From Promethearchaeota archaeon (lineage in GTDB: Archaea > Asgardarchaeota > Lokiarchaeia > Sigyniarchaeales > SOKP01), in contig JAHPZE010000012.1 of NCBI GenBank assembly GCA_019058365.1, forward strand, positions 13,451-77,450: a DNA stretch of 64,000 bases, given 5' to 3'. This document shows, piece after piece, positions 35,930-45,628 of this stretch. Made by a program: the position numbers and the translations under genes. Under the pieces are notes generated by a model, which was not told the origin of the DNA, searched no databases, and was given only the letters and a program-made list of their open reading frames with translations. Every line of letters begins with the position of its first letter. The stretch's first letter is position 1.

Positions 35930-36427
35930 TTATTTTTTAAATGGATTTGGAATCCATTTTCGTACTCTCTTTTTATATTGTATATACTCATCACCAAACA
36001 TATTTTCAAGTATGTTTTCTTCAAAATTTGCCATCCAATTATAGACTAAGAACACTAGAATGAAGAAAGCGATGCTAATCAATGAAATGGACAAAAATAT
36101 AAATGCTACATAAATTAATAGTATTCCAGAATACATCGGATTTCTCACATAACCAAGAATTCCGTTGGTAATCAATGAGTCAGGCGGTTTGTGTGATTTA
36201 AATAAAATTCGATGGGATAATTCTATAAAGATAAGAGCAATACAAAGAACTGATATAAATAATATTAACCGAATAATAAAAGGTACAAAATCGTTTAAAA
36301 TTGTCGATATTTTAAGTATGTTTGAGTCTAAAAACCATATTAATATAAAGACTATTGGTATTACCGCATGATATATATGTCCATGTGGTATTTCTCGCTC
36401 ATGGCCTTCATGTCTTTTTAAATTCAT
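35930..36427 (-). CDS. Isoprenylcysteine carboxyl methyltransferase (ICMT/PEMT) family membrane protein
   Basis: LITNG..GYVRNPMY, EE..L...FGDEY..Y...V..WIP. Confidence 0.88.
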   Translation of the reverse strand: MNLKRHEGHEREIPHGHIYHAVIPIVFILIWFLDSNILKISTILNDFVPFIIRLILFISVLCIALIFIELSHRILFKSHKPPDSLITNGILGYVRNPMYSGILLIYVAFIFLSISLISIAFFILVFLVYNWMANFEENILENMFGDEYIQYKKRVRKWIPNPFKK

Positions 36428-36603
36428 TTTTAATCCATTATTTGTAGACTTTTATATTCTAGATTTTACAGTTTATTATTTATTTTTTATATAGACCAAT
36501 TTTTCATATTTTCTTATAATCTATTCATACTCATAATTATAGATATTGAATTTATTGAATTAAAACATAAATATCTTATGAAGAACTCAGACATAAATAA
36601 TTT

Positions 36604-37374
36604 TTATAGTAAATCTAAACTTATTACCATTACAATCATTCCAAGGATGATTCCTATTATTGAAAGATGTTCAAATCCGCAATCTCGAGACGCAGGAAGC
36701 AATTCATCAAGAGAAATGTAAACCATAAATCCTCCCACACCAGCAAGCATTATGCCTAATATAAAATCATTAATGAAGGGAAAGAGGATTAATCCGACAA
36801 TTAAAGCACCAATTGGTTCACTTATTCCTGAAATGAATGACCAGAAGAAAGCTTTTTTTCTATTCTTTGTTGAAGAATAAATTGGGACTGCTACTGCGAT
36901 ACCTTCAGGAATATTATGGAGTGCTATAGCAAAGCATAATATAATACCGAGATCGATGTTTTTTATGGTAGCTACAAAAGTTGCCATACCCTCTGGGAAA
37001 TTATGAATAAAAATACCAAGGGTGACGAGTAATGATGTTTTCTGTAATTTATTTTCAAAATTGCCTTTTTTATCTTCAAATTCGTATTTATGGGAAATTG
37101 AAATGTCAATTATTAACATTAGAAACATTCCAATTAAAAAAAATGTATTTCCTAATAAGAAACCCAATGACTTAATACCCTCTTGCAGTAATTCTACAAA
37201 AGAAATAAATATCATTACTCCAGCAGAAAAACCCATAATAAGGGAGATAAACTTCTTGCTAGGTTCTTTAACAATAAGAGCAAAAACACTACCTATAGTT
37301 GTGGATAAACCTGCGATTGAAGTCAAAATAAGTGCAAATAAAAAAGCTTCCATAATTATTTTCCGTGTATACAA
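36604..37374 (-). CDS. zupT: ZIP family zinc transporter
   Basis: GFSAGVM..ISFVE, IHNFPEG, LHNIPEG, DELLP. Confidence 0.93.
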   Translation of the reverse strand: MYTRKIIMEAFLFALILTSIAGLSTTIGSVFALIVKEPSKKFISLIMGFSAGVMIFISFVELLQEGIKSLGFLLGNTFFLIGMFLMLIIDISISHKYEFEDKKGNFENKLQKTSLLVTLGIFIHNFPEGMATFVATIKNIDLGIILCFAIALHNIPEGIAVAVPIYSSTKNRKKAFFWSFISGISEPIGALIVGLILFPFINDFILGIMLAGVGGFMVYISLDELLPASRDCGFEHLSIIGIILGMIVMVISLDLL

Positions 37375-37424
37375 ATAGGTCTTATGTATTTAAATAAATT
37401 TTATTTTCTATTGCGTTTTAGTAT

Positions 37425-38066
37425 TTATAATTTTTTCATACTAATCGCAGTAATCCAACCTTTGTTATATTCTTCAAAAATTTGGATATTAGAAAATCCT
37501 GCTTGTTCTAAAAATTCTTTATACTCTTCTGGAGTATGGATAGGAAAATTTCCTAACTTTGACCACTTTTCAGCTCCTTTCCTTCTTTTTTGATTATTAC
37601 ATTTGTATCCTTCATTAACTAAGATAAAATGCCCATTTGGTTTAAGAATTCTATATATTTCTCTTAGATCTCTTGTTAAATCTGGCCAGAAGTAATATGC
37701 CTCAAAACCGCTAACTAAATTGAAGAAATCATCTGGGAAAGGGAGAGATGACACAGAACCTTGGGAAATTTCAACAATTCCTTGTATAATATATCTTTTA
37801 TTAATTTCTGTACTTACATTTACAGCAGTTCTAGAATAATCTATTCCAAAAATCTTTCCATTTAATATCATTTTCGCATAACGTTCTATATTTCCCCCGC
37901 CACCACATCCAATATCTAAAATTTTATCGTTTGGATCTATCTTAACATGTGATAAACCCCATGCTGCTAACTTTGCATGACCTTTATTCATACCTTTTGC
38001 TATTATTTTTCCTAGCCTTCCAGAAGGCTTTCTTACTTGGTCAACTAATTTTTGTTTAAAACCCAT
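37425..38066 (-). CDS. Class I SAM-dependent methyltransferase
   Basis: RKPSG..G, ILDIGCGGG, YFWPD, RILKPNG. Confidence 0.92.
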   Translation of the reverse strand: MGFKQKLVDQVRKPSGRLGKIIAKGMNKGHAKLAAWGLSHVKIDPNDKILDIGCGGGGNIERYAKMILNGKIFGIDYSRTAVNVSTEINKRYIIQGIVEISQGSVSSLPFPDDFFNLVSGFEAYYFWPDLTRDLREIYRILKPNGHFILVNEGYKCNNQKRRKGAEKWSKLGNFPIHTPEEYKEFLEQAGFSNIQIFEEYNKGWITAISMKKL

Positions 38067-38095
38067 TTTGAGATAATCATCTGTTTTATAACTAA

Positions 38096-38860
38096 TTATT
38101 TGATTCCATATAACAAACCCATTGTTTTAAGTTCAAATTTCAATAAATTCGGCATTGGTATCTCATAAGCAGTTTCAATAAAATTAACCTCCTCAACACC
38201 CCATTCCTTAATATCTCTTATTAATTCTTCAATATTACCATATTTTTTTTCATTTTTTAATGTATCTTGTAGAGAAAATACCCCTCCTTTCTTCAAAACT
38301 CGAAAGGACTCACTAATGAGTTTTTTTTTATCTCTAATATCCCGAACTTCATGATATACAAAATTACTTACAATTGCATCAAATTCACCATCTTTATAAG
38401 GCAACTTAGAAGCACTTGCTTTTTGAAATACAACTTGGTTTTCTACACCCTCAAGTTTGGCATTTTCTTCACATTTGAGTTTAGAATAATTCCATGATTT
38501 TCCCCAATAATCAATTCCCCAAACAGTACATTCAGGAAATCTCTTCGCAAGCTCTATTGCTAATGCTCCTGCTCCTGTACCGACATCGAGTGCTTTTCCC
38601 CGTCCATTCCAAGGTAACTTTTGGATAACTAAATTCCAAACCTTGTATTGGAGCTCTTTATTATGTGCTGAAAATTGATAATATAAATATATTAAGTAGG
38701 AGAAAGGCAAAAGAAGTAATCCTACTATTATCCATAATATTATTCTAACGACTAGAAAAATAGGAAATAATGTGGGAATTAAAACAATTAGAATAATTCC
38801 TAATATCGTATATAATAAATTTAGTGGTACCCAATTTCCATAATTTGCTAATTTGTTCAT
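38096..38860 (-). CDS. Membrane-anchored class I SAM-dependent methyltransferase
   Basis: NYGNWV, two TM helices, LDVGTGAG, SNFVYHEV, RVLKKGG. Confidence 0.9.
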   Translation of the reverse strand: MNKLANYGNWVPLNLLYTILGIILIVLIPTLFPIFLVVRIILWIIVGLLLLPFSYLIYLYYQFSAHNKELQYKVWNLVIQKLPWNGRGKALDVGTGAGALAIELAKRFPECTVWGIDYWGKSWNYSKLKCEENAKLEGVENQVVFQKASASKLPYKDGEFDAIVSNFVYHEVRDIRDKKKLISESFRVLKKGGVFSLQDTLKNEKKYGNIEELIRDIKEWGVEEVNFIETAYEIPMPNLLKFELKTMGLLYGIK

Positions 38861-39197
38861 GTTTTTTCAAATCATTTTAAAAATTCTTATTAAAATCTAT
38901 AATTACAGTACTAAGTAATTAATAATTTTCCTCAAATTTAAATTTAGTCATGCCTAATTTATATAAAAAAACATTATAATAATTAAGAGAAATATAAAGA
39001 TACATTAAAACTTAAATTAATATTTAAAAAATTGAATATTAATTTAATTAATTTCCCATAATGGTTAAAATTGTTAGGATTATAAATGAAAAAAGGCTTC
39101 TCTTAAATTTGAGCCTATTCGACCTAATAATTACTTATTTATTAACTTAGATAACGGAAAATAAGAAAACTACACAATATTAGAAATAAGAACATAA

Positions 39198-40061
39198 TTA
39201 TTTCCCAATTATTAACAACATGATTAATTCCAATAATATTCCAATTTTCAATATTGAACTGATTTTTTTATAAATATCATTTTCTAATATGCTTGCTAGT
39301 GTTAAAAAAGCTCCAAGAATAATAATTATTAAACCAGGAATAGTAATAAAAAGAAATAGGGAGGGATATTTAAGAATTTTATAAATTGAAAGCACCATGA
39401 AAAGTACAGATAAAATCTGGAAGAATAATGAATATTTGAGCAGTTTATAATCGTCCATTCTAATAGGGAATAGGATAAAATCTTCAACTTTCTCTCTTTT
39501 ATTAAAGCCTTTAGTGAATTCTCGTGATATTTGTAGAAAAGAAATTGAAAAGAAGAAATAATAGATATAAACAGGTATATTTAATATATTTAGAAACGCG
39601 CCATAAATTAATCCGATAGAGAAGGTAAAAGTTATAATACAAACTTTAACAATAGGGATATTTTTTCTAGATTTTAAACCAATAATAATGAAGATACACC
39701 AAAGAATACCAATGAAGGCTGTAAAAATTATAATTGAAATATTAATATAATAAATTATAGAATTTATAACTACATTAACTATAGTCAAAATAAAACCAAT
39801 AAGATATCCTGTTCCAATTATTATCAACACTCGCTTAATTGTTAGGTTCCCATTGTAAGAAGGTGTATCTAAGACTTGAAAGAGTTTAATGACTATTAAT
39901 CCAGAAAAAGCAAGAAAGAGATAGGCAAGTGGGCCATAAATAAGATTTATAGTAAAAATTTCAACCCCAATACCTAATCGAGAATTGAAAATGCCAAAGA
40001 GGACCATTATACCCCCTTTTACTGATGGTTTGCCTATTTTTAAATACGTTCTAATTCTCAA
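39198..40061 (-). CDS. UbiA/DGGGP-synthase-like membrane protein, degenerate
   Basis: ~8 TM topology, YLKIGKP N-terminus, SREFTKG motif, KKISSILKIG. The Asp-rich motifs are absent. Confidence 0.6.
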   Translation of the reverse strand: MRIRTYLKIGKPSVKGGIMVLFGIFNSRLGIGVEIFTINLIYGPLAYLFLAFSGLIVIKLFQVLDTPSYNGNLTIKRVLIIIGTGYLIGFILTIVNVVINSIIYYINISIIIFTAFIGILWCIFIIIGLKSRKNIPIVKVCIITFTFSIGLIYGAFLNILNIPVYIYYFFFSISFLQISREFTKGFNKREKVEDFILFPIRMDDYKLLKYSLFFQILSVLFMVLSIYKILKYPSLFLFITIPGLIIIILGAFLTLASILENDIYKKISSILKIGILLELIMLLIIGK

Positions 40062-40081
40062 AGTAGCTTCCTTTCACCTAT

Positions 40082-42421
40082 TTATGTAATTTGATATATT
40101 CTTGAAGCAGTATCGAAATTGAGGACTAAGCTCTGGTTGCCAAACTTTATGAGAGTGTTTTTAGTATCGAAGTCTTGATAACAATAATCATTCTCAAATC
40201 GAGGATATGGACCCAAATCAACTTCACTACCATCTACTTCCATTGAACCTTCCCAAGCTACACTAATTAATCCTTGAGAGGGAGAGGAATATCGTACACT
40301 ATACCCTAATGCATGTGGTATGACTTGAACTTGAGATTGCTGAATATCCGATATAAATTGGGCAAAAGACCCGTATTCATCAACACTTCCTAATTCAACT
40401 ATCCATAGATTTTTAAACCCATCTACTCGAAGTTCATAATCTGAAGCCCAATAAGTGTCCATATAAGAATATAGTGCAACATATCCATCATCTTTAGCAC
40501 CAAATGTCCATTTGCCATGTTGCTCCCAATCGTCAAAAGCCCAACGAGGAAAGTATGCATGTTGGTAAAATTTATTACCCATAAATAGATTTAAAAAGTA
40601 GAGAAGAAGTTCCCCTTCTAATGGTAAAGTTTCACGGTCATACTGAATAATTCCAACATTCTTATATAATGTGGCACGAGGATTCCATCCTCCAACATAA
40701 TTCTGCTCAAAATCTTTTGTGAGCCCTCCCGGTGAATTAGTATATACAAAAGCATCATCATCTAAGGAAGCTTGCCAAATATGTTCTTGATAACTATTCA
40801 TCCCTTTTTGATGGTCCTGGGAACCAGAAAGTTGGTAATAGGGTGTTCTATATGTATAAGTATTTGAAGATTCCAAACAAATACCTTGAGTAATTAATTT
40901 CAATTTTTCTGAATATGAGCTTAATGGTATACCATATAAAAATGCAGACACTTTAAAGAAGTCAGCAATTATTTGAGGTCCGTACATAGTATCCGATTTT
41001 ATATTATATTTTTCTACTAGATTAAAGACTTCCTTTATAGTTTGTGAAGGGAGGACTGCCGACATTCCAAGCCAGAACATAAGATCTTCTTCATTATAGT
41101 GTAGATTATATAATGGACCTTCATCCATATTTATGCTATTTCGTTCTTTATGCTCATTATATAAAGTCGCATTATTAGCAATATCCTCCAAAATTGGGGG
41201 AGGAGCATAATAATCACTAGTAGCTAAAGCAACAGCAGCGAGATTACTATTATCAAAGGGGTTATGATCTCCAATACTAAGCATTATCCAAGCCGACTCA
41301 GATGTACTATCTCTAGAAGCAGGGGATGCAATACTAGTTCCTACTTTAGTTCTATCATAACAGCGACCGTGAGTGGTTGCATATCTACCTTTATAATAAT
41401 TATTAGCAAAGTCAAAAGCAATAATATCCAAAACACTCGCTGCTTTATAGACGATTTCCGGGTCTTCTGAAAAATCTACTAAATTAACTAACGCAGCAAT
41501 ATCCTCTGTGTAGTATGTATTTGAATGCCATTCTGAGAAACCAAATTGTGCTCGCCAATCAAGCCATCTTTTTACAAGCGGTAATGCATGATTCACATGT
41601 TCCAACCCGGTCATACCTGAATTAACAAACGTATCATTAGGAAATAGTTGACCAATTAGTAATTCTGCTGTGTGAAAAAGAATCTGATGATTCTCAGTAT
41701 AAAATATCATATCATCTCTAGTAGGCTCTGTATACCAATATTTAGTTTTACCAAAGGCATCAATAACTTTGTTCCTTATTGATGGACTCAAAATACTCCT
41801 ATTAATATCAATATATATTAATCGTAAAAGATTGTTTAATGTAAAATCTAAGGTGTCTCTAAAACTATAGATTTTATAAAGGGAAGTTTCAATACTATCT
41901 TCACTTACATTCAACCCTAAATAAACCCGACATACTTGTGCATAAACATCTTCGCTGTTTTTGCTATCATTTAAATATATATTTTGACGTTCTTTATATC
42001 CATCTGTAGCGTTAAACGTTTCAAATAAATCGAAACTGCGATTAAAATTAGTTCTCATTGAGAACTCCCATTGACCTTGGCTTATGTTTGGGCTTGTTTT
42101 ATCTTGTCTGGAATGAAAGAATTGTGGTAAAATTAAAATAATAAAAATGAAAAATAATTTTGGAAATTTCTTACTTTTACTAACTTCAGGTCGCTTTATA
42201 CTATAGATTTTACAAGATAAATAAATTACAAATAAAATTATTACAATATTATTAAAAACACTATATGATGATAGACAATACATTCCAAAACCAATAAATA
42301 TGAAATAACCTCCTATACTACTCGAAATAATAATTTTCCAAAAAAAAGTTATACCAATTAAAATTATTGTAGAATAGAATAACCATCTAATTGTTTTCTT
42401 CTGATTTTTTAATTTTATCAT
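40082..42421 (-). CDS. Membrane-anchored uncharacterised enzyme (helical N-domain + beta-rich C-domain; possibly lyase/glycosidase-like)
   Basis: N-terminal TM helices, YTENHQILFHTAELL.GQLFP, GFSEWHSNTYY.ED, THGRCY, QEHIWQA. Confidence 0.7.
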   Translation of the reverse strand: MIKLKNQKKTIRWLFYSTIILIGITFFWKIIISSSIGGYFIFIGFGMYCLSSYSVFNNIVIILFVIYLSCKIYSIKRPEVSKSKKFPKLFFIFIILILPQFFHSRQDKTSPNISQGQWEFSMRTNFNRSFDLFETFNATDGYKERQNIYLNDSKNSEDVYAQVCRVYLGLNVSEDSIETSLYKIYSFRDTLDFTLNNLLRLIYIDINRSILSPSIRNKVIDAFGKTKYWYTEPTRDDMIFYTENHQILFHTAELLIGQLFPNDTFVNSGMTGLEHVNHALPLVKRWLDWRAQFGFSEWHSNTYYTEDIAALVNLVDFSEDPEIVYKAASVLDIIAFDFANNYYKGRYATTHGRCYDRTKVGTSIASPASRDSTSESAWIMLSIGDHNPFDNSNLAAVALATSDYYAPPPILEDIANNATLYNEHKERNSINMDEGPLYNLHYNEEDLMFWLGMSAVLPSQTIKEVFNLVEKYNIKSDTMYGPQIIADFFKVSAFLYGIPLSSYSEKLKLITQGICLESSNTYTYRTPYYQLSGSQDHQKGMNSYQEHIWQASLDDDAFVYTNSPGGLTKDFEQNYVGGWNPRATLYKNVGIIQYDRETLPLEGELLLYFLNLFMGNKFYQHAYFPRWAFDDWEQHGKWTFGAKDDGYVALYSYMDTYWASDYELRVDGFKNLWIVELGSVDEYGSFAQFISDIQQSQVQVIPHALGYSVRYSSPSQGLISVAWEGSMEVDGSEVDLGPYPRFENDYCYQDFDTKNTLIKFGNQSLVLNFDTASRIYQIT

Positions 42422-42502
42422 TATTTTCCAGTAAGAAAATTTTACTAAATTTTGCTATTTTAAATTTGATTTATGTCTTAAAATATCTTTTTCTAGAAAT
42501 GG

Positions 42503-43876
42503 CTAATTCTTATATTGAGGATCTCTTGTTGCACATCCTACATTTCTTCCAAGTTTCATGAATTCAGAGCACTTTGAACATGTAATACAAGTCTGCTTTT
42601 TATCAATAATTCCATCTTGGAAAAGCTGTTTAGGAAAGTTAGGATTTGCGAGTGCCATCCTTCCAAAACCACAAATATCAACTTTTTTCTCATGGGTTAA
42701 ACCTGCTGCAATATAACCTGCAAATTGGCGTAAATAAGAATAACCAGACCCTAAAATTATTGCGTCATTTGGTAAATGATTTTTAATTAAAGATGTTAAG
42801 TTTAAAAGTCTACTCACACCAAATAAAGGATTTTCATTAGGTAAAATCCCTCCTTTTACAGGTGTATCAAATGGACGTGTAATCTGGGGTTTGTAATGAG
42901 GATTTCCAGCAGAAATGTTAATTAGTCTTATCCCTAAATTATATAGCCTATTTATTATTTCAATAGGTTCAATAAGATCAATAGAAGCTGGAAATTTTTC
43001 ATTTTCTACTGGCTTCACTCCAAACCCATAAGGATAAGGAATACCATCATATATACTCATGCGGGTAGTTAATACGAAGTCACTTTCATTCATTAATTCT
43101 TTATTCAATCTTTCTATAATATTTAAAAAGAATCTTGCTCTGTTTTCAAAACTATTTCCACCATATATAGAATTCTTACGAATTCTTGAACTTAATAATT
43201 CATGAATTAAATAACCATGACAAGCTTTTATATCTACACCATCAAACCCTACTTTTTTTGCTAAAATCGCCTTTTGAACCCAAATATCTTCTAACTCTTT
43301 TAAATCTTCATCAGATATTATAATACCATCTTTTTCTGAAAGACCTCTAGCTTTATCTAATTCAGCATATTGAAACGCTTTTATTGGGTATTTTTTACCC
43401 TTTCTTACACAATATCTTCCAGAATGATTCAATTGGAGAATTAAAACACAATCATTTAAAAATCCTAGTTCTCTCAAAGTGGTATTACAAATATCTCTTA
43501 TATATGAGACAAATTCTTTAAATTTATCAGAATTTTCTTCAGTTAAAACTAATTGATGTGCGTTTGAACGGCAATCATGGCTAATTGCTGTTGCCTCAAA
43601 CCAAATTAATCCTGCGCCCCCTCTTGCATATCGTTCATATCTTCTATAAGTTAATCTTCCCGGGTCTCCATCTGGATTAGCATCAAAACCTTCTATTGGT
43701 TGAATGGATAACCTGTTGGGGATAAATCTCTTAGCAATGTTTATTCTTTGCTGTAAAATTTCAACTCTAGGATAGAAAGGAATATCTAAATGTAATTCCA
43801 TGACCTTATTCTTCAAATCTTCTAAACTCTTATAAATAAATGGTTCAAATTGCATGTGGGAAGGATTAAAACTCAT
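42503..43876 (-). CDS. NADH:flavin oxidoreductase (Old Yellow Enzyme family)
   Basis: NRLSIQPIEG.D, GGAGLIWFEATA, QLNHSGR, GFDGVDIKACHGYL, YGG.SFENR.RF, C-terminal CITCSKC. Confidence 0.92.
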   Translation of the reverse strand: MSFNPSHMQFEPFIYKSLEDLKNKVMELHLDIPFYPRVEILQQRINIAKRFIPNRLSIQPIEGFDANPDGDPGRLTYRRYERYARGGAGLIWFEATAISHDCRSNAHQLVLTEENSDKFKEFVSYIRDICNTTLRELGFLNDCVLILQLNHSGRYCVRKGKKYPIKAFQYAELDKARGLSEKDGIIISDEDLKELEDIWVQKAILAKKVGFDGVDIKACHGYLIHELLSSRIRKNSIYGGNSFENRARFFLNIIERLNKELMNESDFVLTTRMSIYDGIPYPYGFGVKPVENEKFPASIDLIEPIEIINRLYNLGIRLINISAGNPHYKPQITRPFDTPVKGGILPNENPLFGVSRLLNLTSLIKNHLPNDAIILGSGYSYLRQFAGYIAAGLTHEKKVDICGFGRMALANPNFPKQLFQDGIIDKKQTCITCSKCSEFMKLGRNVGCATRDPQYKN

Positions 43877-43934
43877 TACATTATAATTAGAGAACCCTTA
43901 ATAAAGAACTTTTCATTTTTTTTAATGATGATTT

Positions 43935-44570
43935 ATGGCTAAAAAGAAAATTTTACTATGTCAAAGAGGTAGGTATTTCAAAAAGGATAAGACTTATTCT
44001 TATTTCAAAGAAATCTTGAATGAATATATCATTGATAATTATGTAGATGTTGAGATTTTTAAAAATAGAGACTTTTTTGAGTATGATACAACTATTTTTT
44101 TTACCCAATTCGGTGAATTTACAGAAGAACAAGAGAAAAATTTGTTAGATTTTATTTCAAGTGGAAAAGGTTTTGTAGGACTGCATGGAGCTTCAGCATC
44201 CTTTAAACAACACGCTAAATATTATGAAATGATTGGAGGAAGATTTTCTGGTCATAAAAAGAAATGCATCATAGATATCAAAATTATAGATAAAAAACAT
44301 CCAATCACAAAAAATTTGGATGACTTCACTTTTTTTGATGAACCTTATCGTCATGATTTCTCCATGAAAGGTGATATGAAAGTATTAGCAGAAGCATATT
44401 ATCATGATGAGGAAGATCCTGAACCAGAACCAATTATCTGGGTAAAATCTTATGGGAAAGGAAGGATCGCATTTTGTGCATTAGGTCATCAAGCAAGGGC
44501 TCTAAAAAATGAGATTTTTCGTACAATCATTAAAAATTCAGTAAAATGGGTAATAGACGGGCAAAAATAA
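43935..44570 (+). CDS. ThuA-like domain protein
   Basis: GKGFVGLHGA, MIGGRF.GH, HPIT, DEPY, YGKGRI...LGH. Confidence 0.9.
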   Translation: MAKKKILLCQRGRYFKKDKTYSYFKEILNEYIIDNYVDVEIFKNRDFFEYDTTIFFTQFGEFTEEQEKNLLDFISSGKGFVGLHGASASFKQHAKYYEMIGGRFSGHKKKCIIDIKIIDKKHPITKNLDDFTFFDEPYRHDFSMKGDMKVLAEAYYHDEEDPEPEPIIWVKSYGKGRIAFCALGHQARALKNEIFRTIIKNSVKWVIDGQK

Positions 44571-45607
44571 AGGTGAATTATATAGAAAATAATAATTTTG
44601 TAAAAGTTGGTGTAATCGGCTGTGGATTGATAGCAAATAGTTACAAATTAGCTACTAGAGTGGTCAAAAACACAACAATTGTTGCTGCAACGGATTTAAA
44701 CTTAAACAGAGCTATCAGAATAGCCGGTAAAAAGCATGCTTATACTAACGTTGAAGATATGTATGAAAATGAAGATTTTAATGCAGTCTATATTGCAACA
44801 CCTCCTTTTCTCCATAAATCTATGATTAAACAGGCTTTTGAAAAGGGGAAACATGTTTTATGTGAAAAACCTATAACAGTTACAATAGAAGATACTCGTG
44901 AAATTATTCAATTAGATAAAAAATTTAATGATTTAAAATTAGGCTTTAATTATATGCATAGATATGACCATAAAAGTTATCGTTTAGCTTCAGCTCTTAA
45001 CAATAATCATTTAGGAGAAACATACTATGCTAATTGTAATATATTTTTTAGCAGAGATGCTACTTATTTTGAAAAAGGTCCATGGCGAGCTGAGAAAGAG
45101 AAAGCTGGTGGAGGAACTATCTTATCTCATGGGTCCCATTTTATAGATATATTGTTATGGGCTTTAGGAGAACCTTTATCTGTAATTGGAAAGATAGACA
45201 AATTAAAATTTAAAACTTCTGAAGTAGAAGATATTGGATTTGGAATCATCGAATTTGAAAATGGATCTTATGGACAATTAAATAACTCCATGTTTGTTTA
45301 CCCCCCCATGAGTATATTAAAAGAAAGAATGGAGATACAAATTTTTGGAAATAAAGGAAGATGTTATTATAAAGCCCCTTGGCCATTTTCTTCCCTAAAA
45401 TGGAAGGGAGTTAAGAAATTTAAAATAAAAAAAGATACAAAGGGTTTCTCTCATTTAGGGAGATCTATAAAAGCCTTTGGAAATTGGATCCTTCATGATA
45501 AACCCTACTTAAATACTGTGAAACAAAGTGCAAAAATTCTGTGTTTAATATCTGCTCTATATAAATCTTCTGAAACCGGTAAAAAAGAACAAATTGAAAA
45601 ATTATAA
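44546..45607 (+). CDS. Gfo/Idh/MocA oxidoreductase
   Basis: VIGCGLIA, IATPPFLH, KHVLCEKP, GGG......HFID. Confidence 0.93.
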   Translation: MGNRRAKIKVNYIENNNFVKVGVIGCGLIANSYKLATRVVKNTTIVAATDLNLNRAIRIAGKKHAYTNVEDMYENEDFNAVYIATPPFLHKSMIKQAFEKGKHVLCEKPITVTIEDTREIIQLDKKFNDLKLGFNYMHRYDHKSYRLASALNNNHLGETYYANCNIFFSRDATYFEKGPWRAEKEKAGGGTILSHGSHFIDILLWALGEPLSVIGKIDKLKFKTSEVEDIGFGIIEFENGSYGQLNNSMFVYPPMSILKERMEIQIFGNKGRCYYKAPWPFSSLKWKGVKKFKIKKDTKGFSHLGRSIKAFGNWILHDKPYLNTVKQSAKILCLISALYKSSETGKKEQIEKL

Positions 45608-45628
45608 AGAGAATTTTTCTATCTAGAG

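Noticed and set aside
35930-36427. ICMT as a modifier of the Rab-like GTPase
   Set aside because: The GTPase ends STIKNL with no CaaX/CC motif, and ICMT/PEMT homologs are widespread in prokaryotes.
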